NCBI GenBank assembly: GCA_049840735.1 | Contig: JASGJN010000014.1 | Coordinates: forward strand, 1 to 64,000 | Direction of reading: 5' to 3' | DNA length: 64,000 nt | Source of the DNA: Anaeromyxobacter sp. | Lineage (GTDB): Bacteria; Myxococcota; Myxococcia; Myxococcales; Anaeromyxobacteraceae | Part shown: in pieces, positions 11,403 through 20,711 of the stretch | Layout of the letters: every line of letters starts with the position of its first letter | Position numbering within the stretch: position 1 is the first letter of the stretch | Program-made: the position numbers and the translations under genes | Notes under the pieces: generated by a model | The model's input: the letters and a program-made list of their open reading frames with translations, nothing else | Databases searched by the model: none | Told to the model about the DNA's origin: nothing

Positions 11403-11579
11403 GGTGGGCTCAACCTCACGTCGCGGCGGGGCCAGCGGGCCTCCCCGGAACGATGCCGCAAGGGAGTGGCCCGAAACACGGACCCTGAGTCCTGGTCCCA
11501 CCGGGGCCGACCGGGATTGCCCTGGCCCCGGAAAGGCAGGCGACCGGGGCCACGAGGCTCCGGTCGCCATTCCCGGCCG

Positions 11580-12431
11580 TTACTCCGGGTAGATGTTCAG
11601 CTGGTACATCAGCATCAGCGCGCCGGCCGGCTTGGACGTGGGGCCGAAGGTGCCGCGGAAGACCTCCACCAGCGCGTCGCTGGCGTAGATCTGGGAGAGC
11701 GCACGGTTCACCGCCTGGCGGAGTCGGGTGGACCCCAGGGGCATCACGAGGGCATAGGGCACGTAGCCGATGTCGGCGTCCATCAGCTCGTAGATGCTGG
11801 GGTCCTTGAGCTTGGGCCCCATGCCCATGAGCATGGTCTTCCCGGCCGCGATGGCGTCCGCCTTGCCGTCCTCGAGCAGCGCGATGGCGTCCTCGTAGCT
11901 CCTGGCCGGCACGACCGTCGCGCTGACCAGCCCCTTCCTCAGCGCGTCCATCAGCGCCTGCTGGTTGGGCGTCCCCTCCACCGCGGCGATGTTCTTGCCG
12001 GCCAGATCGCTCAGGGCGCGGGCGCCCACCGACTTGCGCGAGATGATGCCGGTGACGTCGACCCAGATCGGGTTCGAGAAGTCCACCTCGCCCATGCGCG
12101 AGAGGCTCGCGGTGGTGGTGCCGCACTCGAGGTCGACCTCGCCCTTGCGGACCAGATTGAGCCGGGTCCGGACATCGGCCGGCACCCACTTCACCTTGAG
12201 CGAGGCGACCTTGAGCTGCTGCTCCAGGCTGGCCACCACCCGCTTGCAGAGGTCGACGCTGTACCCGGCCGGCTGGCCCTCCTTCTCGAAGGAGAAGGGC
12301 GGGGCGTCGGTCCGGTAGGCGAGGCGGATGGTCTTGCTGGAGCGGATGCGGTCGAAGGTCTTGTCGGCCGGCTCGGCGGAGGCGAGCACGGGGAGGAGCG
12401 CCGCCAGGAGCAGCAGGATTCGTCGCGTCAC
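11580..12431 (-). CDS. Amino acid ABC substrate-binding protein (GltI-like)
   Basis: Signal peptide; APPFSF, GYSVDLC, VDLECGTTT, VDFSNP. Confidence 0.88.
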   Translation of the reverse strand: MTRRILLLLAALLPVLASAEPADKTFDRIRSSKTIRLAYRTDAPPFSFEKEGQPAGYSVDLCKRVVASLEQQLKVASLKVKWVPADVRTRLNLVRKGEVDLECGTTTASLSRMGEVDFSNPIWVDVTGIISRKSVGARALSDLAGKNIAAVEGTPNQQALMDALRKGLVSATVVPARSYEDAIALLEDGKADAIAAGKTMLMGMGPKLKDPSIYELMDADIGYVPYALVMPLGSTRLRQAVNRALSQIYASDALVEVFRGTFGPTSKPAGALMLMYQLNIYPE

Positions 12432-12552
12432 GTGGACCTCGGGCGAGAAGGGGACGGCGGCAGGATCCGCCGGTTGGCTTGCGGCACGGGAGTGTCACCC
12501 ATCGGCGACCGCAGGATCGACGGGACCTTGGTCTGATGCCTGCTGCCTCCCG

Positions 12553-13305
12553 CTACATCTGCTTGAACCGGTGCGCGTACGCCCGGCTCACGGAGACCAC
12601 CCGATCGCCCCGCCGCAGGTGGATCACCGGCTGCCCGCCGGCGTCGCGCGACACGCGCGCGATGGCCGCGACCCGCACGATGGCGCTCCGGTGGACGCGC
12701 CAGAACCGGTCGGGATCGAGCTGCTCCTCCAGCTCCTTGAGCGGCGTCCGGATCACCCACTCCTCGGGGCCGGCCAGCGCCAGGGTGTACTTCTCGGAGG
12801 ACTGGAAGAGGTCCACCTCGTCCACCGCGACCAGCACGAGATCCTGGTGGACCTGGACCTGGAGCCACTCCAGGGTTCGCCCCGCGGGCCGCATCCGCCG
12901 CGCCAGCTCCGCCAGCACGGCCGCCAGGTCCGGCGGGGGCGCCGTCAGCCGGGCCCTGAGCCGCGCCACCGTCGCCGCGAGCCGCGCCTCCTCCACCGGC
13001 TTGAGCAGGTAGTCCACCGCCGCGTGCTCGAACGCCTGCAGGGCGTACTGCTCGTGGGCGGTGACGAACACGACGTGGCACCGCCCGGCCAGCGCCCGGG
13101 CCACCTCCAGCCCGCCCACCCCGGGCATCTGCACGTCCAGGAAGACGACGTCGGGCCGGAGCGCCTCGAAGCGCGCCAGCGCCGTGGCTCCGTCACGGGC
13201 CTCGCCCACGACCTCCAGCTCGGGCCAGCAGGCCGCGAGGGCGCGGCGCAGGAAGGCCAGGAGGCCAGCCTCGTCGTCCACCAGGAGGGCCGTGGGCCGG
13301 CTCAC
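12553..13305 (-). CDS. LytTR family response regulator
   Basis: LVDDE, FLDVQMP, FVTAH, DYLLKP, FWRVHRSAIV, VSRAY; GTG start overlaps the kinase stop. Confidence 0.92.
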   Translation of the reverse strand: MSRPTALLVDDEAGLLAFLRRALAACWPELEVVGEARDGATALARFEALRPDVVFLDVQMPGVGGLEVARALAGRCHVVFVTAHEQYALQAFEHAAVDYLLKPVEEARLAATVARLRARLTAPPPDLAAVLAELARRMRPAGRTLEWLQVQVHQDLVLVAVDEVDLFQSSEKYTLALAGPEEWVIRTPLKELEEQLDPDRFWRVHRSAIVRVAAIARVSRDAGGQPVIHLRRGDRVVSVSRAYAHRFKQM

Positions 13306-14434
13306 GCGCGCCCTCCCGTGGTGACTCCGGCCGCGTCGCCCCCGGCCGCGCCCGCCCCGGTGGCCGCTGGCCCCGGCATGTCCCAGGGGATCACGATCCG
13401 GGCGCACAGGCCGGAGGGGACCACCGGCTGCAGCGTGAGGCTCCCCGCACCGCCCGAGATGGCGCGCACGCGCTCCCGGACGTTGGCGAGCCCGACGCCC
13501 GGCGGGCGGTGCAGATCGATGCCCGCGCCGTCGTCCTGCACCTCGAGCACCAGCGCGTCGCCGGCGCGCACGGCGCTCACGGTCACCCGGCCGCCCTCGA
13601 CCCTCGGCTCGAGGCCGTGGCGGAGCGCGTTCTCGACCAGCGGCTGCAGGAGCAGCGGCGGCAGCGGCCGATCCCGCAGCGGCTCTGGGCAGCGGATGTC
13701 GAAGGCCAGGCGCTCGCCCATCCGCACCTCCTGGATCTCCAGGTATGCGCGCACGAGATCCAGTTCCTCGCCCAGGGTGGTGGCGCCGGACCGGGTGCGC
13801 CGCAGCGAGCCGCGCAGGTAGCCCGTCAGGTTCAGGAGCATGCGCCGGGCGCGCCCGGGGTCCTCCTCCACCAGCTGCAGGACGTGGGACAGGGTGTTGA
13901 AGAGGAAGTGCGGCTCGATTGGGCCTGGAGCAGCTTCAGCTCCGCCTCCGCCAGCGCCCGCGCGGCCGCCTCGCGCCTGAGCTGCTCCTGGCGGAGGCGC
14001 GCCCGCCCGTCGGCCAGGCGCGCGCGGCCGTCGAAGAACGCGGAGATCGTCAACCCGAACACCAGGGCGGCCGCCAGCGAGCCCGCGACGACCCGTCCCT
14101 CGTCCAGGAAGTACGCGAGCGGCGCGTGCCCGTCGTAGACGGCGCCGACCGCGGTCCCCAGCGCCGCGCCCAGGGGCAGCGAGGCGGCGGTGACCAACCA
14201 CGGGCGCGTGTTGCGCAGGGCGAAGTCGTGGCCGACCACCTGCAGGAGGAAGATGGAGAGGCCCACCGCCTCGGAGTGGACCAGGGTGGAGCGGAGCTGC
14301 CACCCGGTCAGCAGCCAGATGAAGACGGCGATCCCGGCGTTGAGGATCACGACCACGGGGAGCAGCCGCCCCGCCGCGCGCACCACCGCCCAGGCACCCG
14401 CAGGCCCTTCCCCCTCTCGCCTCAACCACCCCAT
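13302..14434 (-). CDS. LytS/YehU-type sensor histidine kinase (frameshift at about 13920)
   Basis: TM N-terminus; ELKLLQAQ / IEPHFLFNTL, LQPLVENALRHG, GVGLANVRER. Confidence 0.9.
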
Positions 14435-14451
14435 GGCGCCCCTCCAGCCGC

Positions 14452-15741
14452 TCACAGCGAGAGCTGCGCGGCCACGTAGACCATAGCCCAGGCAGGGAAG
14501 AGCCGGTGAGCGGCACCTGGCGGGCCCCCCGTCAACCGCACCCCGCCCTCGGCCCGCAGCCGCTCCCCCTGCCACGCCGCCGTCCCCGTCACCGCCCACC
14601 CCCGGTCCTCCGGCGTGAAGAGCAGGTCCACGGCCGGCTCGAGCCGTCCCGTGGGGCGCGAGGCGTGCAGGAACAGGTTCTGCCGGAGCAGGCTCGGCCG
14701 GTCGAAGGCCCCGAGCCCCCAGGCGAGGTTGCCGATCACCGCCGCCGGCGGAACCCGCCCCCTCCTGCGTCCAGGAGCGAGCGCTGCTCCGCCGCGAGCG
14801 CGCCGCGCTGGCGCCAGGTGGCCGCGGAGTCCCCGCCGGGATTCGAGCCACCCCTCGGCGATGAACGACAGGCCGGCTCCGGGCGTGAGCGTGAGCCCGG
14901 CCACGGCGGACAGCTCGTGCTGCGTGGGCACCTGGCCGGGCGGCGTGGTCGTGATCGGCCCGCCGCCGGGGCCGCGCGCCGGCGGCGCCAGGTGCTCGCC
15001 GCGGGCCTGCCAGCGCGCCGAGCCGTGCAGCTCCAGGGTCTCGCCCGCGACCAGGGCGACGCCGGCCCCGGCCTGCAGCCCCGTCCGCTCGGACCACCGC
15101 GACACGCCGTGCACGTCGGCGTCCCCGGCGCGCGCGAAGAGGTGCAGGGCGCCCGCCTCGTCGTGGACCGGCACCGCCTGGCGGCCGCTCAGCGGGTTCG
15201 TCCACAGGATTGAGACGGCCCAGGCCTCGCCGAACAGCTCCCACGTCAGCTGGGGGATGCCCTCGAGCGCATAGGGGACGAAGGCCAGCCGCCGCTCCTG
15301 CTGGACCACGTCCAGCGGCCGGTAGCCGAAGGAGACGTCCCAGGGGGTGACCTTCTTCCCCACGGTGAGGTGCCCTGCGGCGCCCAGGTAGAGCTCCTGG
15401 TAGAGCTCCGTCACGACCGCCGCGGAGACCGTTCCGAGCTCCCCGCGGTCCTCGAGCCGCAGCGAGAGCTCCCCGACCGTCCCCTCGCGGCGGGCGCGCA
15501 GGACCACCTCGGTGCGCCCCCAGCCCTGGCCGATCCCCGCTCGCGACGCCGCGGGGGCGTATGGGCTGTCGTCCCGGAACCAGGCCGCCTCCGGCGCGAC
15601 CCAGAGGCGGGCGGACGCGTCGAGCCCCGGCGGCAGGAGGGGGGCGGGCGCGGGGAGCGGGAGCGCCTCCTGCGCCGCCGCGGTGGAGGCCGCGAGCAGG
15701 AGGACCAGGGCCGGCGTGGGCCCGGCGGCGCGGAGGGACAC
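14452..15741 (-). CDS. Exported putative outer membrane beta-barrel protein (internal compensating indels)
   Basis: Signal peptide; ELYQE, LTVGKKVTPWDVSFGYRPLDVVQ; lies in the ABC/LolA-like operon. Confidence 0.65.
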   Translation of the reverse strand: MSLRAAGPTPALVLLLAASTAAAQEALPLPAPAPLLPPGLDASARLWVAPEAAWFRDDSPYAPAASRAGIGQGWGRTEVVLRARREGTVGELSLRLEDRGELGTVSAAVVTELYQELYLGAAGHLTVGKKVTPWDVSFGYRPLDVVQQERRLAFVPYALEGIPQLTWELFGEAWAVSILWTNPLSGRQAVPVHDEAGALHLFARAGDADVHGVSRWSERTGLQAGAGVALVAGETLELHGSARWQARGEHLAPPARGPGGGPITTTPPGQVPTQHELSAVAGLTLTPGAGLSFIAEGWLESRRGLRGHLAPARRARGGAALAPGRRRGRVPPAAVIGNLAWGLGAFDRPSLLRQNLFLHASRPTGRLEPAVDLLFTPEDRGWAVTGTAAWQGERLRAEGGVRLTGGPPGAAHRLFPAWAMVYVAAQLSL

Positions 15742-15744
15742 AGG

Positions 15745-16482
15745 TCACTCCGGCGCGTGGCGGGTGAGGAACCAGGGGTTGTAGTACTCGTCGGCGATCA
15801 CCCGGGGTGACCGCGAGCGGTACCGGATGATCGTCTCGCGGCCAGGCTGGATTTCGTCGTGGATCCGCATGGCCACGACCGCGCGCTGGCCCTCGAGCGC
15901 GCCCATCTCGAAGGTGGCGCGCTTGGCGAGCCGCTCCGAGGCGACGTAGAGGTCCGCCGCCACGGGGTGGGCGTCGCCGCGGTCCAGGAAGAGCGTGATC
16001 CGCTGGTAGGTGGCGCCGCGGCGGCGGGCCGTCAGCTCCAGCCGGTGGCAGGCGACCCCCTCCACCTCCGCCTCGCCCGCCACCGCGCCGTCGTAGTCGT
16101 CGGCCCAGGCGAGCGTGGCCACGTCGCCGGTGGACGCGTCGCCCAGGAGCTTCTGCGCCGGCGTGATGCGGATGGGGCGCTGCGAGCTGGGCAGGACGAT
16201 CCAGAAGTCGTCCTGCACCATCAGCACCTTCTGCCCTTCCTCCGCGGCGGAGCGCGCCAGCACGAGGGAGCGGCGCCCGGGCTTCACGTAGACCAGGTAG
16301 GTGCGGTCCTTGTCCGGCGCCCCGTGCTTGAGGACCTGCACCTCGGTGAGCACCGCCAGGGCCTCGGCCGGCTGGCGGTAGGCGTCGGCGCGGACCAGGA
16401 GCGCGTGCGCGTCGGGCGCGGGGGCCTCGGCGGCGCCGGCGGCGAATCCGGCCAGGAGGACGGCGACGAGCGGGCTAGACAT
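15745..16482 (-). CDS. LolA-like outer membrane lipoprotein-sorting protein
   Basis: EGQKVLMVQDDFWIVLPSSQRPIRITPAQKLLGDAS. Confidence 0.85.
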   Translation of the reverse strand: MSSPLVAVLLAGFAAGAAEAPAPDAHALLVRADAYRQPAEALAVLTEVQVLKHGAPDKDRTYLVYVKPGRRSLVLARSAAEEGQKVLMVQDDFWIVLPSSQRPIRITPAQKLLGDASTGDVATLAWADDYDGAVAGEAEVEGVACHRLELTARRRGATYQRITLFLDRGDAHPVAADLYVASERLAKRATFEMGALEGQRAVVAMRIHDEIQPGRETIIRYRSRSPRVIADEYYNPWFLTRHAPE

Positions 16483-17695
16483 GGGCGAGGGCCTCCGTGA
16501 TGGGCCGGGCCGCGGCCCTGCGGCTCGCCGCCCAGGCGGCCACCGCCGCGGCCAGGACGACCGCGGCGCAGGCGGTGAGGAAGAGCGGGGGGTCGAGCGT
16601 GAGGTGGAGCGGGTACCCCACCGACCGCCCGGGAGGCGGGGGCATCTGGACGTGGAAGGCGTCGATGAGGAGCGCCAGGCCCCAGGCCACGCCGCTGCCC
16701 AGGAGCGCACCTCCGGCCCCGACCAGCGTCCCCTCCAGCACGAAGGTCCGGGTGATCAGGCCTGGGACCGCCCCCAGCGCGCGGAAGGTCCCGATCTCGC
16801 GCGTCCGCTCGACCACGGCCATGCCGATGGTGTTGGAGATGGCGAAGAGGACGATGACGACGATCACCAGGCCGAGGAGCCCGAAGATCCGGTCGTACAG
16901 CGCCTTCACCGCCACGTAGTAGCTGGCCTGCTCGAGCCAGGTGCGGAGCGCCAGGTCCGGGTGGCCGGCCGCCACCGCCGCGCGCACCGCCTCCACGTCC
17001 TCCATCCGGCGCAGGTAGACGGAGAGCGTGCTGACACGGTCGGTGAGCAGGAGCTTCTGCGCCGTGGAGAGGTGGACCAGCACCGCGCGCTGGTCGAGGT
17101 CGGCCACCCCCTGCGTGTAGATGCCCCGCACCCGGACGTCCTGCGCGTTGAGCGCGCCCTCGGTGGTGGTGGAGAGCAGCGTGAGGGTGGCGCCCGGCGC
17201 TGCGTGGAGCGTCCGCGCCAGGCCGGTGCCGAGCATGACCTCGGGGAGCGCGCCAGGGCCGGGCCGCGGGGAGAGGGTCGTCCCCTCGGTGACCTCGAGG
17301 AACGGGCCGCGCACCTTGAACTCGCCCCCCGCGTCAACGCCCGACCCCACGAACACCGCTGACTTCTCCCCGTTGCTGACGAGGCCGGTGAGCTGGAGGC
17401 GGGGCAGGACGGCCTGCACCCGCGCGTCGGCCTGGAGCGCCGCGGCCAGGCGCGGCGCGCCGTCGAGCCCGTGCTGCAGGGGCAGGTCCTCGTCCCCGTC
17501 GAAGAAGGCCTGGTGCGCGAGCACGAGGTGGCCGGTGTCGCGCGCCGACGCCTCGCGCAGCCCGGCGTAGGTGTAGAGGCCGTACCCGCCGAAGACCAGC
17601 AAGGCGGTCGTGCCCACGCCGGCGATGAGGAAGGTGACGACCGCCCGGCGCGCGTTGCGTCGGAGGTTCTTGACCGCGAACCAGAGCCAGCTCAT
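16475..17695 (-). CDS. ABC transporter permease (LolE/MacB/FtsX type)
   Basis: AVKNLRRNARR, MAVVERTREIGTFRALG, four-TM layout with periplasmic domain. Confidence 0.92.
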   Translation of the reverse strand: MSWLWFAVKNLRRNARRAVVTFLIAGVGTTALLVFGGYGLYTYAGLREASARDTGHLVLAHQAFFDGDEDLPLQHGLDGAPRLAAALQADARVQAVLPRLQLTGLVSNGEKSAVFVGSGVDAGGEFKVRGPFLEVTEGTTLSPRPGPGALPEVMLGTGLARTLHAAPGATLTLLSTTTEGALNAQDVRVRGIYTQGVADLDQRAVLVHLSTAQKLLLTDRVSTLSVYLRRMEDVEAVRAAVAAGHPDLALRTWLEQASYYVAVKALYDRIFGLLGLVIVVIVLFAISNTIGMAVVERTREIGTFRALGAVPGLITRTFVLEGTLVGAGGALLGSGVAWGLALLIDAFHVQMPPPPGRSVGYPLHLTLDPPLFLTACAAVVLAAAVAAWAASRRAAARPITEALAHV

Positions 17696-18399
17696 GAGAG
17701 CACCCCGTCCTCGAGGAACACGGCGCGATCGCAGCGGGCCTCGAGCCGCCCGTCGTGCGTCGCCAGCAGGAAGGTCACGCCGCGCTCCCGGCCCAGCGAG
17801 CGCATGAGGTCGATCACCTGCGCGGCCGTGGCGCCGTCCAGGTTGGCGGTGGGCTCGTCCGCGACCACCAGGGCCGGGTCCTTGACGAGCGCCCGGGCGA
17901 TGGCCACCCGCTGCCGCTGGCCGCCCGACAGCGCGTCCGGGCGGCGGCCGGCCTCGCCGGCCAGGCCGACCGCCTCCAGCGCGGCCATGACCCGGCGCGC
18001 GCGCCCGGCGCGCGGGGCGCCCAGGAGCAGGAGCGGCACCTCGACGTTCTCGAAGGCCGTGAGCACCGGGACCAGGTTGAAGCCCTGGAACACGAACCCG
18101 ATCCGCTCCCGGCGGAGCCGCGCCAGCTCGGCGGGGCGGAGCCCGGCGGTGGGACGCCCCTCCAGCAGGTAGCGTCCGGAGTCGGGCCGGTCGATGAGCC
18201 CGCAGACGTGGAGGAGCGTGCTCTTGCCGCTCCCGGAAGGCCCCACCAGCGCCAGGAACTCGCCGGTGTGGACGGTCAGCGACACGCCGCGCAGGGCCGG
18301 GACCGCGGTGGCGCCGGTGCGGTAGGTCCGGGTCACGTCCTCGAGCTCGATGAGCCGCGCCGCCGGGGACGGGGCGAGCTTGTGCGCGGGCGCGCTCAC
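17692..18399 (-). CDS. ABC transporter ATP-binding protein (LolD-like)
   Basis: GPSGSGKST, LSGGQRQR, ADEPTANLD, ATHD. Confidence 0.95.
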   Translation of the reverse strand: MSAPAHKLAPSPAARLIELEDVTRTYRTGATAVPALRGVSLTVHTGEFLALVGPSGSGKSTLLHVCGLIDRPDSGRYLLEGRPTAGLRPAELARLRRERIGFVFQGFNLVPVLTAFENVEVPLLLLGAPRAGRARRVMAALEAVGLAGEAGRRPDALSGGQRQRVAIARALVKDPALVVADEPTANLDGATAAQVIDLMRSLGRERGVTFLLATHDGRLEARCDRAVFLEDGVLS

Positions 18400-19058
18400 G
18401 GCGCGAGCTCCGCCGCGCGGGCCTGGGCGGCCCGGGTCTCCGGGCCGGTGGGGTCGAGGGCGATGGCCCTGCGCAGCGCGGCCAGCTCCGCTTCGGGCTC
18501 GTAGCGGGCGCGGGCCACGCCCGCCTCCAGGCGCGCCAGCTGGGCCCTGAGGGAGGCGGGCAGGTGCGGCACGGCCGGGTGGGCCACGGCCCGGGCCAGC
18601 ACCACCTCGCCGTCTCCGAGCCGGTGGAAGAGCTGGTCGGGGACCCTCAGGAACGTGCTGGCCGCCACGAGGCAGGTCTCGAAGCTCGCCGGCAGCTGGC
18701 CCGGCGCGGCCTCTTCGTGGGCGGGTCCGAGGCGGGCCACGGCGTCGTCGATCCGGGCCAGGCCGGTCTCCGCCAGGCGGAGGGCGTCGAGCGGCGAGCG
18801 TGCGCCCCGCGCCACCAGCGTCTGCGCGGCGCCGGCGTAGGCCAGCAGCACCGGGTCGCCCGGGGCGGCGGCCGAGAGCGCATCGTAGAGCTCGCTGGCG
18901 CGGGCCGCGGCGCCGGCGTCGCCTGCGAGCGCCGCCTGGAAGGCCTGGGCCGCCTCGGCGCGGGAGCGACCCTCGGCGCGAGCGGTGCCGGGGGTTGCGA
19001 GGATCAGGGCCAGGCCCAGGGCCAGGCCACGCGGGACGACGGGGGTCTCGGATGCCAT
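18396..19058 (-). CDS. Exported all-helical (TPR-like) hypothetical protein
   Basis: Signal peptide, AGGAGG RBS, first gene of a translationally coupled operon. Confidence 0.7.
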   Translation of the reverse strand: MASETPVVPRGLALGLALILATPGTARAEGRSRAEAAQAFQAALAGDAGAAARASELYDALSAAAPGDPVLLAYAGAAQTLVARGARSPLDALRLAETGLARIDDAVARLGPAHEEAAPGQLPASFETCLVAASTFLRVPDQLFHRLGDGEVVLARAVAHPAVPHLPASLRAQLARLEAGVARARYEPEAELAALRRAIALDPTGPETRAAQARAAELAP

Positions 19059-19115
19059 GTGTGCTTCCTCCTGGGCCGGGACCGTAGGGCCGCCCGGAGG
19101 CAGCGGGGGCCGCGT

Positions 19116-19166
19116 GCGACGGCTGGCGCCCCGGGGCGACGGGTGGTCGCCCGCGGCGACGGACGG
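19116..19166 (-). promoter_or_regulatory. Three direct repeats, putative LytTR (AlgR-like) binding sites
   Basis: GCGACGGnYGG at 19116, 19136 and 19156; minus strand reads CCRnCCGTCGC, resembling the AlgR box CCGTTCGTC. Confidence 0.65.
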
Positions 19167-19243
19167 CGGGGCCCCGGCATGCCCCGCGCGCAGGGGACAC
19201 CGCCGCGCGGCGCCATGTGACCGGGTCCGTTACGTTGGGTGGA

Positions 19244-20711
19244 GTGGCCGCAGGCACCCCGACCATCCGCCTCGACCCGCACCCCGGGCGGCCCGTCTAC
19301 CTGCAGATTGCCCACGCGCTGATGGCCGAGATCCACCGCGGCCGCTTCCAGCCCGGGGACGCGCTCCCCGGGTACCGGACCCTGGCGGCCGAGCTGGGCG
19401 TCTCGCGCAACACCGTGCTCACCGCCTACCGCGAGCTGGCCGCGGAGGGCTGGATCCTGGCGGCCCAGGGCGAGGGCAGCACCGTGGCGCCGGCCCCGCC
19501 GACGCGCCTGCCCGGCCCGGCCACCCCCGAGCCGGCCGCGGCGCCCCGGCCCACCGCCGGCTTCGACCTGCGCCCCGGCACCACCCCCGGCCCCGCCGAC
19601 GCGGCCCGCAGCCTGCTGCGCGTCGCCACCGGGAACCCCGACCCCCGCCTGCTCCCGGGCGCCGCCCTGGCCCGCGCCTACCGCCGTGCGCTCACCGTCA
19701 ACCCGCGGGGCACGCTGGCGGTGGACGATCCCCAGGGCCACCCGGCCCTGCGCGAGGCGCTGGCCGCCCACCTGCGCGCGGGGCGCGGCGTGGCTGCGGC
19801 GCCCGGGCAGCTGGTCGTGACGCGCGGCGGCCAGCTCCCGCTGGCGCTGGTGGCCCAGGCCCTGCTCGCCCCGGGGGAGGCCGTGGCGGTGGAGGCGCTG
19901 GGCCCGCGCGACGCCTGGGACGCCATCGCCCGGGCCGGCGCGCGCTGCCTGGCCGTGCCGGTGGACGGCGACGGGCTCGACCTCGACGCGCTGGAGCGGC
20001 TGGCACAGGGCGAGCGGCTGCGGGCGGTGCTGGTCTCGCCGGTGCGCCAGTACCCCACCACCGCGACGCTGGCGCCGGCCCGGCGGGCGCGGCTGCTCTC
20101 GCTGGCGGCCCGCCTCCGCATCGCGGTGCTGGAGACCGACCACGACGCCGAGTTCCAGTACGACGGCGGCGCGCCGCTCCCCCTGGCCGCGGAGGACCGG
20201 GCCGGCGTGGTGATCCTGGTCGGCTCGCTCTCCAAGATCTTCAGCCCCGGGCTGCGCCTGGGCTACGTGCTGGCCCCGGCGGCGCTCGTCCCCGAGCTGC
20301 GCGCCGCGCGCGACGTCCTCGACCGCCACGGGGACCCGGTGCTGGAGCGGGCCATGGCCGAGCTGCTCGAGGAGGGCGAGATCGCCCGCCACCTGAACCG
20401 GATGCACCCCATCTACCGCCACCGGCGCGACGCGCTCTCGACCGCGCTGGCCCGCCACGCCGGCCACGCGCTCGCCTTCGCGCCGCCCACCGGCGGGCTG
20501 GCGCTCTGGGCGCGGGTGCGCGAGGGCGTGGACGTGGACGCCTGGACCCGCCGCGCGCTGGAGCGCGGCGTCTCCTTCCACGCCGGGCGGCAGTTCGCCT
20601 TCGACGGACGGCCCGTGCAGGCGCTGCGGATCGGCTTCTCCGGCCACGCCGAGGAGGAGCTGGCCGAGGTGGCGCGGCGCATGGGCGGAGACCGCCCCGG
20701 AGGTCGCGTGA
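19244..20711 (+). CDS. MocR/GabR family regulator (GntR wHTH plus PLP aminotransferase)
   Basis: LPGYRTLAAELGVSRNTVLTAY, SPVRQYPT, GSLSKIFSPGLRLGY; stop inferred after removing one G at about 20683-20685. Confidence 0.88.

Noticed and set aside
19116..19166. Mini CRISPR-like array
   Set aside because: Repeats of 11 bp with 9-bp spacers are too short and no cas genes are present; better explained as operator sites.
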